A stretch of DNA of 64,000 nucleotides, taken from the NCBI RefSeq assembly GCF_009914755.1, contig NC_060929.1. The stretch is one strand, 5' to 3'. The position numbers and the translations under genes were made by a program. The stretch is from the human T2T-CHM13v2.0 reference genome, Homo sapiens. This document shows positions 41,570-57,420 of this stretch, one piece after another (the first letter of the stretch is position 1; the number at the start of each line of letters is the position of its first letter). The notes under the pieces are model-generated. The model made no database searches. It had not been told where the DNA came from and saw only the letters and a program-made list of their open reading frames with translations.

Positions 41570-43392
41570 TTTGCTGACCTCATCTCCCTACCCCATCTCT
41601 AGAAATCCTTTCACGGGACTCTCTGAAACTCACCAGTATGGCCCTATATTCTCAGCCCCATTTCTGAATGTCCCCTTCACTTTCTTGCTTTAATGGAAAC
41701 TGCCTCTCCTGTGTGGATTCTGCCCCCTCTGCAGCCTCTTAAGAGGTGGCCGTTTTCCCTCTGTGGCCCTTGTGGCCCCGGGTCTAGGGGTAAGGAGGTG
41801 CCCATTTTGCTCCTCAGTGCCACTGCTAGACAGTTTGCCACCCTCTTTAGAAACACCCATATTTGAATGTCATACTGTCAGACAAGATCACTGTTATTCC
41901 TCCTTTTTGTAGCAATTTACAAAGCCCTGGGTCACTTCCCTCATTCCTTGAGGATGTTTGCTCCTGGCTCCCAGTCCTCGTCTCCCACCCGACTCCTGCT
42001 GCAGTTTTCGATGTGAGCATTCATGTAGATGAATGCCTCTCAGGCCCTTGACCTCCTCTCCACGATCTTGGCTTCCCTAGTACCTCAGCCTCTTGCTCCC
42101 ATAGCCAGATTTTGAACCCGCCATTATCTGTCAATGCAATCCCTTCGTCATCTCAATTTCATGCATCTCACACTCCAATAAACACTGCCTTGCTCTCCAG
42201 CTCACTCCCGCAGGACCCCAAAGCCAGCAATTCCTCCTGGAACCTACTGCTCCAAGCAAATATTCACCATTCCTCATCCTCATAGTGCCCCCCTTCCCTC
42301 CTTACCCAGCTTGGAGTTCATGATCCAATACTATACTCTCCCGCTGGCCACAGTAGTCACCTGGCAAAATCACAACCTCAGTTAAATTCAGTCCTCTGCC
42401 CCCTCCACCTGTGCACCTCCAGGCTGACCAGAACTGAAGAAAATCTCATAACTGGGCTGACCAGTCTCACTTTAAATTAATGACCACAACCCTCCCTGAG
42501 TGAGCCCTAACAGCTGCCCAGCAATCCTACTATATCTCCAAGCCTATTCACACCCCCTCTCCTAGACGACTGCTTCACACCTCCTCTTCCACCTCATTCT
42601 CAGCTGACAACCTCTTCCGATTTTGCTAAGAAAATAGAAGCTCTCAGAAGAGAAGTTCCACAGGCCCCACCACTACTCCCCCACCCACCCGCATCTGTGC
42701 CCTCCACTCTGCCTGCCATCCCACTGACATGGGCGAGCCGTCCGTGCTCCTATTTCAGGGCAGCCCCTTTTCGTGCACCAGATGCCATCCCCTCCCACCT
42801 ACTCAAAGACTTCATGCCAACACCTAGCCCCCTTCTCACCCACAGCATCAAATTTCCCTCTCTCCAGGATCATTTTCGTCAGCACACAAAAAAGCTGCAA
42901 TTCTTCTCAAAGAAAGCCCTCCTCTTGACCCTATTTCTTCTCTCCTCTTTACGGCATAACTCCTAGAAAGAATTCTTTGCTACCTTCAACTCCTCTCCTC
43001 CCTTCCTTCCTTTTTCTCCCCCAGCTCCCATCAGGGCGCCACCGCTACAGCAGAACTGCCTTTTCAAGGACTCTCCACGTTAGATGCAGCGGGCAATTAT
43101 CGGACCTCACCTTCCTTGCACCTCCGTAGCGTGGAACAGGCTTCTCCTCCCTGGTGTCAGGCTCACATCTCTGTCTCCAGTTTCCCTCCTATGTCTCTAG
43201 TTGCCTCTTCTCTGTCTCCTCGCTGACACCCCCTCACCCCCAAGGCTCAATCCTTGGGCCTCCTCTTGTCTCTCGTCTACACTCACTCTCTTCATCATCT
43301 CCTGCAGGGTCCTGGCTTTAAAGGCCATTCAGTTGCTGACCACTTCCACCTGGATATCCCTGGCCTAAACCTTTTTCTAAATTCCAACTCCT
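41570..43392 (+). mobile_element. Long L2 fragment (~1.8 kb) reaching the endonuclease-coding region
   Basis: C/T-rich L2 sense sequence; tttcttgctttaatggaaact resembles the APE 'LALTETW' motif; later L2 motifs such as ggctcaatccttgggcctcctct. Confidence 0.65.
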
Positions 43393-44999
43393 GTTGTTTC
43401 TAGCCAGTCTCTTGAAGCTGAGTCATGGCCGCCCCTTACCAATCAGTTTCAGCTGGCCAACTCCCTGCTGTCCATAACTGGCCCGCTTTCAGGTAGACAT
43501 TTGAATTCTGACCCCCCAATCTATAGGGTACAAATTAAGACCTTTCCTCTGTACAGGCCTATAGGGTGAGAGCAGTGGGTCGGTGGACACTGTGGGCCAG
43601 GTGGTTCACTCTCCACTCTGAGCTGGCTGAGCCAGCCTGGTGTGGTCACTGTGGCTGCATCTCCGCACCTCACAAGTGGACGAGTGCCTGCCCCTTGGCA
43701 CCTGTGTAGTCTGCCTGCCCTGTGTCTTCTTTCTGCCTTCCTCCACAGGTGAAGTGGCACAGTAACGCATTCCAGGAGGACATCGCTGAGGGCCCCAATT
43801 GTGAGGACATTGCCCATCAATCTTGGAGCCTCCACACCAAGCTGGGATTCTCTCTCTTCTGGACTTCATAGCCTTCTGAGACCGCACTGGGGAGAACAGT
43901 AAGAGAGCTTTGTAAGGCCACTCTGGCTCCTCACCCACCTTTTCTGGGCTCACTCTTCTGAAGCCATAGCTGACCTAAGCGACCCACCTGGGCTTTTAAG
44001 GTGGGCTACATTCCCCCAGGCCCAGGAACTACAAATGGGAGGCCAGGAGTGCTATATGCCGCAGCCAGAGGCGTCTGTGCTCCAAAAAGTCTTCTGAGTG
44101 GGCTTCTCAGCAGTGGATGGGAACGTAGGGCAGTCTTCTCCTCCCCACACCACTCAAAACTGCAATTTTACAAACCAAGAATTAAAGCCTGGAATACTCA
44201 GTGTCCTGTGGTCTCCCAAAGTGGGAGGATCCTAAAGCAGGACGGGCTTCCCTTAGAAGCCAGGCATATTGGCAGGAGGTACCCAGGTAAACAAGCAACC
44301 TTGGGGCAATGTTAATCTGCTTTTTCTCTTCTTCGGTGTCTGGCTGAGTCTAAATTGAATTATTAATCTACTCCTGTGTGCCCGTGTCATTTTCCAGACA
44401 ACCAGTTTATTCATGACTCGCCCACTATCAATTTCAACATGCAATTTGCAATGAAATTTGACTGATCAGCAATACCATAATTAGTTGCAAATGTCTGTGC
44501 TTGTATTTGTTTGGTGTAGGGGCTTTTTCATTAAAGTGACGGAGGCCCATAAACACCATGACTTGCTCTGGGACACAGGACTCGCAACAGTTATGTCATG
44601 GGCCAGGATAGGAGCGCTGGCAAAGAGATTGTGGGAGCTTGAAGTTGCAGCACCAGGGGTTGTGTTGTCATCTTTACAGTCCTGTGTTCACCAAGAGTCA
44701 TCCAGGTTGGGCAAATGGTGACATGTGTAATCCATGAGGAGGAAGAGAACTGGAGTTACCCTGTGCGGCCTCTCCCTTAAATCTCCCCAGATCCTGCTGG
44801 CACACCTGCAGTAACAGGGGGCTTCCTACCTGGTGAGGCAGCTCCCCTTGTGAGAAAGTTCTTCCTTGCCTGGGTTCCCACTTGCCTGTTGTAGGTCCGT
44901 CCCACCTAGTCCAGGGTTCTGGTCTTAACTCAGAAATCATTACATTGCCTGAGCTTGGGCCAGTCTCTAAGCCTCAGCTTATTCATCTGAAAAAAGTTG

Positions 45000-45580
45000 T
45001 CCTACCTCAAGGATTTCTAACTGCAAGTAACAGAAAATGGCTCTTAACTTAGGCAGATTGACTAGCTGACTTAAGGAGAAAAATAATAAAGATATTGAGC
45101 AGCTCAGAGAATCTCTGGACAGAGCAGAAAAAGCAGACCCAGGGACTACACAGCAATGAGCAAGGCCCCAGATCACACTGAAGAACTGGTTTAGTCAGGG
45201 CCTTGCTGCCATCATGGTCATCACCGACACCATGCTCTAGACTCTGCAGGCTAGGCTGCAGGGACCATGTCCGTGCCCTCAGGTGCCACCACCTCTACCA
45301 CCCTGAGGACGCCAGCCTGCTACACCCACAGTAACCATTAAGGAGAGTTCTCTGTGTTCTCTGCTTCCTGGGGTCATTAGCTCTTGGGTTAGTCTGGAGC
45401 TTGTGTGGTTGATTGTGAGAGCCTAGGTCTTGTGCCCTTACCCAGCCACTGGGAGGCTGGCAAAAGAGTGCACATGGTACTTGCAGCCTCTAAAGAGGGA
45501 AATGGGCTCTGTCTCAGAGTGAAGGTAATTTCCCAACACAGGAAGAGGGCTCAGATCCTGGGTAGCCAAAAGAAAGAACA
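45000..45580 (-). mobile_element. Old MLT1-type MaLR LTR
   Basis: actgcaagtaacagaaa and gagcctaggtcttgtgcc...gggaggctggcaaaag motifs. Confidence 0.55.
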
Positions 45581-45634
45581 AAGAATCAAATAAGATATAG
45601 ATGTTAAAGAGGTTTTAGAATATATTAAGCTTGG

Positions 45635-45792
45635 GGGCTGGACGCCATGGCTCACACCTGGAATCCCAGCACTTTGGGAGGCTAAGGCAGGAGGATCACT
45701 TGAGGCCAGGAATTGGAGGTTGCAGTGAGCTATGATCATGCCACTGCGCTCCAGCCTGGGCAACAGAGCAAGACTTTGTCTCAAAAAAAACA
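45635..45792 (+). mobile_element. Alu monomer (left/right hybrid)
   Basis: Left-arm head cactttgggagg running into right-arm ggttgcagtgagctatg. Confidence 0.85.
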
Positions 45793-46189
45793 AGAAGAAA
45801 GAGAAAGAGAGAGAATATCAAGCTCTACACACCTGCCAAAGATTATTCTTATTCATTCATAAGTATTTCTGCAGATATTAAAAGGGCAAAGTTGTGGTCC
45901 TTACCCTCAAAGAAAACACAGTACATTCAGGGAGTAAGAAGGCATGGGTCAGATGACCCCCGTTCCAGGCAGAGGGTGATGACTCTTGTGGATTCTGAAT
46001 GTCCAGATTACATGGTGATTAACTATGAAACACTAGGTCTCAGAGGGGTGGGCAGTATCTGGAGGCTTCTGGGACAGCCCAACATTTTCTTGGAGTTGGG
46101 TGGTATGTCATATGCTCTCTGTATCCTGTGCATCAGTACACCGATGTCCTATATAGACCCAGACCAGAAGAATCCTGCCCATACATGAC

Positions 46190-46772
46190 TGTTTCCTATT
46201 GATAGCTGTTGTCATTTCTCTGCTTAGTACCCACTCCCCCTCTTCTGGTAATAGCACCCCAATTTTACCTGGGGAACTACTCTTGTCATTTTCAGCTCAT
46301 GTACTTCAGGTGGAATTAATTCCATGGCGTAAGAGTCACAGGTGAATCAAGCCTGGCTAATCAGAGCTGTATAGCGCATTATGCACTATGCAGAGCTGCA
46401 CAGTGGTTGGTTTAGGGATGGGCATGGGACCCAAGCCAAGCCATGAGGTCCAATCAGAGCGAATATCAGATATTCAAGTGGACAGAAAAAGATGCTCTTC
46501 TTTCTCTTGGACTTGGAGATGTGAGAGCATCAGCAGCTGCTGACAGCTGTCTTGCCACCAGAGTCTGAGAACAAGGCCAACTCTAAAGAAAGCAGAAGTG
46601 AAAAATGGCCTGGTCCAATGATATTTTTGAGCCCCTGGATCAAACTGTGCCTGAAGCCCCAGAATATTTCCATTATGTAAACAAAACCAACCAACAAATA
46701 AATAGGTCTCTTGCTTAAACCAATTTGGATGAGTTTTATATCACTTGCAGCTAAAAATGTTCTAATTGGCTC
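46190..46772 (+). mobile_element. Old MLT1 (J/K-like) MaLR LTR
   Basis: tttgagcccctggatcaaactgtgcctgaagcc...ttgcttaaaccaatttggatgagtttt..tcacttgcagctaaaa. Confidence 0.7.
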
Positions 46773-47407
46773 TCACCCACACACCCTGTCAAAGCACCAG
46801 CCTAGAGCCAACTCCTTGGGAATGTCCATAATGAAATCACCAGAGGGTCTTCTCTCTGGTCCAGTAGTTCTTCAGAGCCCCAGGGTAAGGCAAGTCCCCC
46901 GCTATCTTCCCACTATACAAAAGAGAAGACGGAGGGTCAACTGACCAATGGCCAGGGCTATTCAGCAGCAATCTAGAGACCAGGTGTCTGGATGAAGGAA
47001 CTCTGGTACCATTCCCCAACCTCACCAAAGCTCAGGAATAAGCCCATGGAAGCCAGTCTGGGGAGGTTCAGCCTGCAAACAACCTGATCATATGGCTGGG
47101 GCAATGGTTGATGGGGATATCTAGCCAAGTACACTTGTTGGCTATGTGGAGCTGAAGAAACTAACCTGGGTCTATTATGAAATATTTCCTGGGTAAGCAC
47201 AGGCCCAGAAAAAAAGAAATAAATAACTATTTCCTGGCATCATGGTAATACTCAAGCTGAGAGCCCCCACCCATTCTTGGCCCAGGACTCCTCAAAGACA
47301 GTCTCCAGGGAGACCAGTCCCTCACAACAATGATCCAGAACCCAAGGGGGCCATGGGTACTGGTTGAACTTCATTGCTCGCACCGGTGAATAGCAAACTA
47401 ACCATGA

Positions 47408-47708
<301 letters not shown>

Positions 47709-48179
47709 CCATGATTCTTGCCCTTAATGTCCAGTCCTTCAAACTGATGGAAATAATTACCCAAACCTTAAGGGAGCCACTCTCTTTCCCAAGGAAAATA
47801 CAGAGGCGAGTTTCTACTAGAGACGCAATCAGCTCCATCCCTTCTAGGGGCTGAAGACCTAGGCCAGGGAGACTGACATGAGGTCCCATGAATTAGAAGC
47901 ATCTCAGAAAGGGACCAGATGGGGATTTTCCCTGCCTCTCTCTGAAAACAGCCTGCCAATCCCCCAGCAGTTCTGAGCTAAGTCAGTTACATAGGTGGAA
48001 GGAATTTGGCACAAGTAGAGAGGTCTGTTCAGTCGCAGGGCGGGCTGGGTTATGTTGTTGTTGTTTTCTCTGTGCCTATGCTTACCCAAGCACTGGTTAT
48101 ATTTACAGTACCATGTGATAACGTTAGCATCATATTGGAGCCTCACTGTTCTCATCCATTATTAGAAAAATAGGCTTCC

Positions 48180-48740
<561 letters not shown>

Positions 48741-48965
48741 AGAGAGAAAAACTGGCTTCCTAGGATAGTCCCAGCTTCAAATATCCTGCTTAGCTGTCAG
48801 ACTCCATGTTCTGATTTGGGTTGTGAAATTGCGGGCCCCACTGAGGACAGTGTTGCCTTTCGGGCAAAGGACCTGGTATTGCATGTGCTCTGCAGGCCCC
48901 ACACACTCTCAATAAGCCAGAGCTCAGCAGAGTTGATGTGCAGATTAAGAATAGGGCTCAGAAAG

Positions 48966-49237
48966 GACGGGCGTGGTGGCTCACGCCTGTAATCCGATCA
49001 CCTGAGGTCAGGAGTTCCATACCAGCCTCGCCAACATGGTGAAACCCCATCTCTACTAAAAATACAAAAATTAGCCGGGTGTGGTGGTGCACGCCTGTAA
49101 TCCCAGCTACTTGGGAGGCTGGGGCAGGAGAATCACTTTGAACCTGGGAGGCGGAGGTTGCAGTGAGCCAAGATTGTGCCACTGCACTCCAGCCTGGGCA
49201 ACAGAGTGAGACTCCGTCTCAAAAAAAAAAAAAAAAA
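48966..49237 (+). mobile_element. AluS with a left-arm deletion
   Basis: Flanking aagaataggg(c/t)tcagaa. Confidence 0.92.
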
Positions 49238-49424
49238 GAATAGGGTTCAGAAGAGGCTCCATGGGCAGCATTTCTGGACCTCTTTTAGAGTCGACATGGC
49301 AAGTATTTGCAGCCTGAGAAATAGGTTGAGATGTTGCCTTTCACCACCAATATAAGTAGTTCTAAAAACATCACCTGAAGTTTCAGCCTGTGCTGTTAAA
49401 AAAAATTAACCCCCGGTAAAATAA

Positions 49425-49929
49425 CCTGAAAACTGTTCAGCAGTAGCCTCTAAAGTTAAACATAGGCATACCGTATGGCCTAACAACTCCATTCTTAAAT
49501 ACATATTCTCAGCAGAAAGGCATACATATGTGTCCCAAAGACATGCACAATTTGTAATAGTCAAAGCTGGAAACAACCCAAATTTCTATCAACAGTGGAA
49601 TGAATAAATTGTGATATAGTCACAAAATATAGCTCTGAGACTGAGAAGAGTATTTTATGCTCAACAACATAGATAAATCTCATTGGGCAAGAGAAGCCAG
49701 ACATAAAAATAGTATATACTATCTGATTCCATTGACATAAAGTTCACAAATAGGCAAAATTAATCTATGCTGTGAGAGGCCATGATACTGGTTATCTCGG
49801 GGGCGGCAGTGACTTGGAGAGGGCAGAGGGGGCTTTGATGTTCTGTTTCTGGTTACACAGGTGATGGTTACTCAGGTGTGATCACAGGAGCTGTGATTAG
49901 CTAATGATTGATGCACTTTTCTGTAGGTA
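49425..49929 (+). mobile_element. Old L1M (MC/ME-like) 3' end; resumes at 52590
   Basis: 3' UTR motifs; tgcacttttctgtaggta continues as tattatacttcaa after the Tigger. Confidence 0.72.
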
Positions 49930-50084
49930 CAGTCCTTGCATTGCTCAATGATGGGGATACATTCTGAGAAATGTATTGTTAGGTGATTTTATCATTGTGG
50001 CAACATCATAGAGTATACTCACACAACCCTCAATGGTACAGCCTACTATGCACCTAGGCTGTAAGGTATGGTCTGTTGCTCCTA

Positions 50085-50635
<551 letters not shown>

Positions 50636-50667
50636 CTACACTAAATTTATTTAAAATTTTTTTCTTA

Positions 50668-51302
<635 letters not shown>

Positions 51303-51364
51303 CATATTTTCTTTCTTCAATAATAAATTAATTTTAGCTTACTGTAACCTTTTAAATTCTGTTT

Positions 51365-51797
51365 CAACTTTTTTTTTCTTCTTCAACTTAATTGTAAGTT
51401 CGGGCGTAGCAGGGCGTGCAGGTTTGCTACATAGGTAAATGTGTGCCATGGTGGTTTGCTGCACAGATCTTCCCATCACCTGGGTATTAAGCCCAGCATC
51501 CACTAGCTATTCTTCCTAATGCTCTCCCTCCCTCCACCATCCCCCGACAGGCCCCAGTGTGTGTTGTTCCCCGCTCCATATGTCCATGTGTTCTCATCAT
51601 TCAGCTCCCACTTGTAAGTGAGAACATGCAGTGTTTGGTTTTCTGTTCCTGCGTTAGTTTGCTGAGGATAATGGCTTCCAATTCCATCCATGCCCCTGCA
51701 AAGGACATGATCTTGTTCCTTTTTATGGCTGCATAGTATTCCATGGTATATATGTACCACATTTTCTTTATCCAGTCTATCACTGATGGGCATTTAG
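51365..51797 (-). mobile_element. L1 3' end (L1PB-like), 3' partner of the U6 chimera
   Basis: Translation DWIKKMWYIYTMEYYAAIK...WMELEAIILSKLTQEQKTKH matches the ORF2p C-terminus; followed by 3' UTR and A-rich tail. Confidence 0.93.
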
Positions 51798-51904
51798 AAA
51801 AATATGGAATGCTTCATGAATTTGCGTGTCAACCTTGCACAGCGTCCATGCTAATTTTCTCTGTATTGCTCCAATTTTAGTATATGTGCGGCTGAAGTAA
51901 GCAC
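51798..51904 (-). pseudogene. U6 snRNA processed pseudogene, full length (107 nt), fused to an L1 3' end
   Basis: Minus strand reads gtgcttacttcagccgcacatatactaaaattggagcaatacagagaaaattagcatgg...gcaaattcatgaagcattccatattttt; 13 differences from U6 as recalled; ACAGAGA box intact; upstream flank is Tigger sequence, not a U6 promoter. Confidence 0.96.
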
Positions 51905-51982
51905 TTTAATTTTTTGACTTTTGTAAAAACACTTATCTTAAAACACACATTGTACAGCTGTGCAAAAATATTTTCCTTTCCC

Positions 51983-52278
51983 TTTTCTTTTTTTTTTTTG
52001 AGGCGGAGTCTCGCCCTGTCACCCAGGCTGGAGTGCAACAGTGAGATCTTGGCCCACTGCAACCTCCGCCTCCTGGGTTCAAGCGATTCTCCTGCCTCAG
52101 CCTCCTGAGTAGCTGGGATTACAGGCACGTGCCACCACGCCTGGCTAATTTTTGTATTTTTAGTAGAGACAAGGTTTCACCATGTTGGTCCAGCTGGTCT
52201 CGAGCTCCTGACCTCGTGATCCTCCCGCCTCGGCCTCCCGAAGTGCTGGGATTACAGGCGTGAGCCTCCGCGCCTGGA
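51983..52278 (-). mobile_element. AluS
   Basis: Antisense dimeric Alu. Confidence 0.93.
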
Positions 52279-52634
52279 CAATTAACTTTTTTAGTAAGTA
52301 GGAGTATACTCTAAAATAATGATAAAAAGTATGGTATAGCAAATACATAAACCAGTCACGTAGTCGCTTATTATCAAGTATTATGTACCGTACATGATTG
52401 TATGTGCTATACTTTTACACGACTGCAGTGTAGTAGGTTTGTTTAGACCAGCATGACTACAACTATGTGAGTAATGTGTGGCACTATGACATTACCACAG
52501 CTATGATGTCACTAGACAATATAAATTTTTCAATTCCATTATAATCTGGTCTGTTGTTGACTGCAACATCATTGTGCAGCACATGACTGTATATTATACT
52601 TCAACACAAAAGTTTACTTAAGAAAATAAATAGC

Positions 52635-52935
52635 GGCCAGGCTTGGTGGCTTACGTCTGTAATCACAGCACTTTGAGAGGCCAAGTGGGCGGATCACCTG
52701 AGGTCAGGAGTTTGAGACCAGCCTGGCCAACATGGTGTAACTCTGTCTCTACTAAAAATAGAAAAAAATTAGTCGGGCATCATGGCGGTTGCCTGTAATC
52801 CCAGCTATTCAGGAGCCTGAGGCGGGAGAATTGCTTGAACCTGGGAAGCGGAGGCTGCAGTGAGCCGAGATGACACCATTGCACTCCAGCCTGCGTGACA
52901 GAGCGAGACTCGGTCTAATAAATAAATAATTAAAT
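52635..52935 (+). mobile_element. AluS
   Basis: Dimeric Alu with (TAAA)n tail. Confidence 0.92.
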
Positions 52936-54120
52936 AAGTAAATAGCTAAACCTGCTGACGCTACTGCATGAGAGAATTCCAGGGAGAGCTTGGAAACTGA
53001 GCATCTCTTTCGGTGGTATCTTCTGCTGATCCTTAGTTACTAGGTTTTCCAAAGTCCTAAAACCTGATGTCAGCAACCAGAGCTGTGGGGACAGAGGAAA
53101 AGAGGGAGGTGGCTTAGTAGGATGAGTGTCCCCAGGAGGGGCTGAGAGTGTCACTGGGCACACAGAAGCTCTGCAAAGGGATGGCTCTAGCCCTGCCTGA
53201 GCGGACCAAAGAGACCACTGTCTATGTTGAGCTGAGGTTGGCTCCCCACAAGCCTTCCGAGAACCTTGATCTGCTCAGATAAACCCCTTCCTTAGCCCTC
53301 TAGAATAAAAAGGAGAGAGCATCTTATTGTAGGCTGTAGGCAGGGGTGGGTGGAGGAGCTGAATTGGGCCCACTTTAGGCTGGGCATTGGATCCCAGTTT
53401 CACCAGTGTCTTTCTACATTGTTTGAGCTCTCCCAGATTGTCAGCTTCCTGCTGGCCAAGCTCAGCAACCCTCAGGGCATGGCTTGGCACTTGAGAAGTT
53501 TCCAGTGATGTTCACCTGAGTGGGGGTGGGAAGGCAGGAGTTAATGGCCCCACCTGCACCATGTCTCAGGGAGGAGAGCTCCTCACCCAAATGTCTGGAT
53601 GAAAGGCAAAGAGGTATTCACTGGACCATTCAATGCCAGAGGGCCCTAAGAGTGCCTTGTACACAGTAGGTACTTCCACACCCTTGTTGAAAGTCTAGAT
53701 GGAATGAAGTGTCCGGTCCTGGGTCTGCCTTAAAGCCAGGTAAGAACCTACTCTGTAGGGTGGAGAGGCCTCAAGGTTAGGCCCAGAGAAGGCAGGACCT
53801 GCCCTAGGCCACACAGAAGTCCCTGGTGGTGGCTGAGTTCTTGGAGAGGACAGTGGCAGCTTGAAAAACTAGTCCATGAAGTCAGAGAGAAGCACATACC
53901 TTCCTATTGCCCTGCCTTCTCCCCACGTACAGATGGCAAACTGAGTCTTAGAAGGCATAGGTGCCTAGTCCCTGCCTCACAGCTAATCTGCTGAATCTTG
54001 GATAAGTGCTGTGCTATCACGCCCACTCCTCTAATCTCCCTCTCCTTCCCCAGTCCTGAGTTTCTTCACAAAAGCATCACTGCCTACTCACACCCACCCA
54101 CCCTTTGCATGCCTCTAGAA

Positions 54121-54733
<613 letters not shown>

Positions 54734-54779
54734 TCAGATTCCCCATAATCACTGAGGCTGTAAGTCCTGTCCTACCATA

Positions 54780-54903
54780 CGGGTGGTATGAATGGCGAAC
54801 TGTTTGGTTTGCTCAGGAATGGGGGTTTCCTAGGCTTTAGATTTTTTGGTGCTAAAACCAGTACAGTCCCAGGCAAACCAGGACAGAACAGTTGGTCACC
54901 CTA
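54780..54903. mobile_element. MER94-like hAT element
   Basis: gtgctaaaaccagtacagtcccaggcaaaccaggaca...gttggtcacccta. Confidence 0.6.
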
Positions 54904-55694
54904 GGTAGTAATCATTAACCCAGAGAGGGCCAGGCTTCAGGAGCCAGCTGGCCAGGGTTCAGGTGTGGCCCCCAGGGCCCCCTCCAGGCATTGCCTTGTC
55001 CTTGTGGTTTGTGGTAGGGCCTTGTCCCATTGGGGCTGGCCCTCTGCAAGGAGATGCCCCCTCCTCCATGCAGGAAAACCTCTGTGGTCTGGGAGCTCTC
55101 AAAAGGCAGGAAGTTGAATCATCAACTCCGGTAACGTCTCTGTCAGCCTGTGGGTCTGCCCAGGGAGCTCAGGGCTCCAGGCCCAGGGGGCTGGCTCTGC
55201 GCTTTGTTTGCTGCTTTCTCTGAACAGGAAAGCTTCAGAATGAGGCTTCTAGAGAAATGAGAGCTGTTGAGTCAGATGGGGAGGAGCGCTGGATGTTAGG
55301 TTGACCAAGACTCTCACCCTGCTCTGGCCTGGACTTGCTTTGTGGCCTTCAATGACTCTCTCGCGCTCTCTGTATTTTGGCTTTGGCTTCTACCACAGAA
55401 ATGCTGATTCTTGAAATCCTCTTAAATTAGGAGTATGAATGATGACCAAAGTGGGAGCACCCCGGCTTCCGAAGACCCGTTTTATCTTTTCTACCAGGGA
55501 TGCAGGCTGCTCAGACACACTTCCCTGCCTCCTGCCTGCCTGGGAGAAGGACCTGACCAGCCACCCCAGTTCTGGCCACAGGGGCTTTAGGAAGGTGACA
55601 AGTCTGGATTTAGGGAGATGGAGGAGAGGGGCAGAAAAGGAGGTCCAGGTTAAAGACAGTTATCCACAGATGACAATGATAACCATACCACCTG

Positions 55695-55885
55695 TTGTTT
55701 ATTAAGCACTGACGACGTGCCAGCCTTTCAATGATCTCATCTGATCCTCACAATGACTCTTTCAGTTAAGGATTATCATCATTTTCATTTTATGGGGAAG
55801 GCAAATGGAGCCCAGAGAGGATAAGTACCTTGCCCAAGGTCACACAGCTACCATGAGGTGCAGTTGGCATTAACTCTAACTGTGT
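55695..55885 (-). mobile_element. MIR
   Basis: cattttatggggaaggcaaatggagcccagagaggataagtaccttgcccaaggtcacacagcta. Confidence 0.8.
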
Positions 55886-56731
55886 TAGACTGTGGCTTTG
55901 AGGGTTGAGGGCTCAGGAAGCCCACAGGTAGCAAGGGAGGGATGAGACTGGCAGAGAAGTCTAGAGTAGGGTCGGGGGAGAAATTGTTCTTTCTTCCTGG
56001 TGCTGCATAGGGACATCCAGAGAATACTAAGAAGTCTGGGGTTTGCTAGGCTTGGAGACCATGTTCCCAGACCAGGGATCATGAGGACACAGTCCCTAAG
56101 CCCAGCAAAGCCCAGACTACCTACAGTCTGAATGCTGAACCCCTCGAGACCATTTGGAAAATCTGTCGAGGGCTTGAGGAGGAAATTGGATACATAGCAG
56201 GATTTTGCTACAGAGCAGAAATGAGCATTTACTTTCCGAGCAAAGACAGCCCTTCTCCAAGGATGCCCCTGGGTGTCTCTGTATGTACCTCCCCAACCCA
56301 GCATGGGTGCCATGCTCAAGGTTCAGACAGAGGACCACAAGCCCCATGCTGCACCATGCATAATGTCCCTCTTCCCCTTTGACGGGGGGGACGATGGGAG
56401 CTTGGCAGAATTTAACCATCCTTAGCAGAGGACCACGCCTATGAAGGGCCAATAGGGCCAGTGATGGGCTGTGCTCCTGGGGTGGGGGCAACCCTCAACT
56501 TGCTGTCCTCAGTAACACAGCCGATAGATGTCTCTGAGAAAAGAGACCAACCCAGCTGTGCCAGGCAACTGACTGGACCCCTGACTTGGATTCAGGTCAG
56601 GTCTAAAGATGCCTTCTCCCCTATTAGCATCAGGTTCAAAGCCAGGCTTAGCCAAACCCTAAACATTCCTTACACTTTCTGGGGAACCACGAAATTCTTC
56701 ATGAAGCCCTTAATTTAAAAAGCATCTTGTA

Positions 56732-57420
<689 letters not shown>

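Noticed and set aside
51798-51904. Functional U6 gene
   Set aside because: 13 substitutions, fusion to L1, and transposon sequence where the PSE/TATA promoter should be
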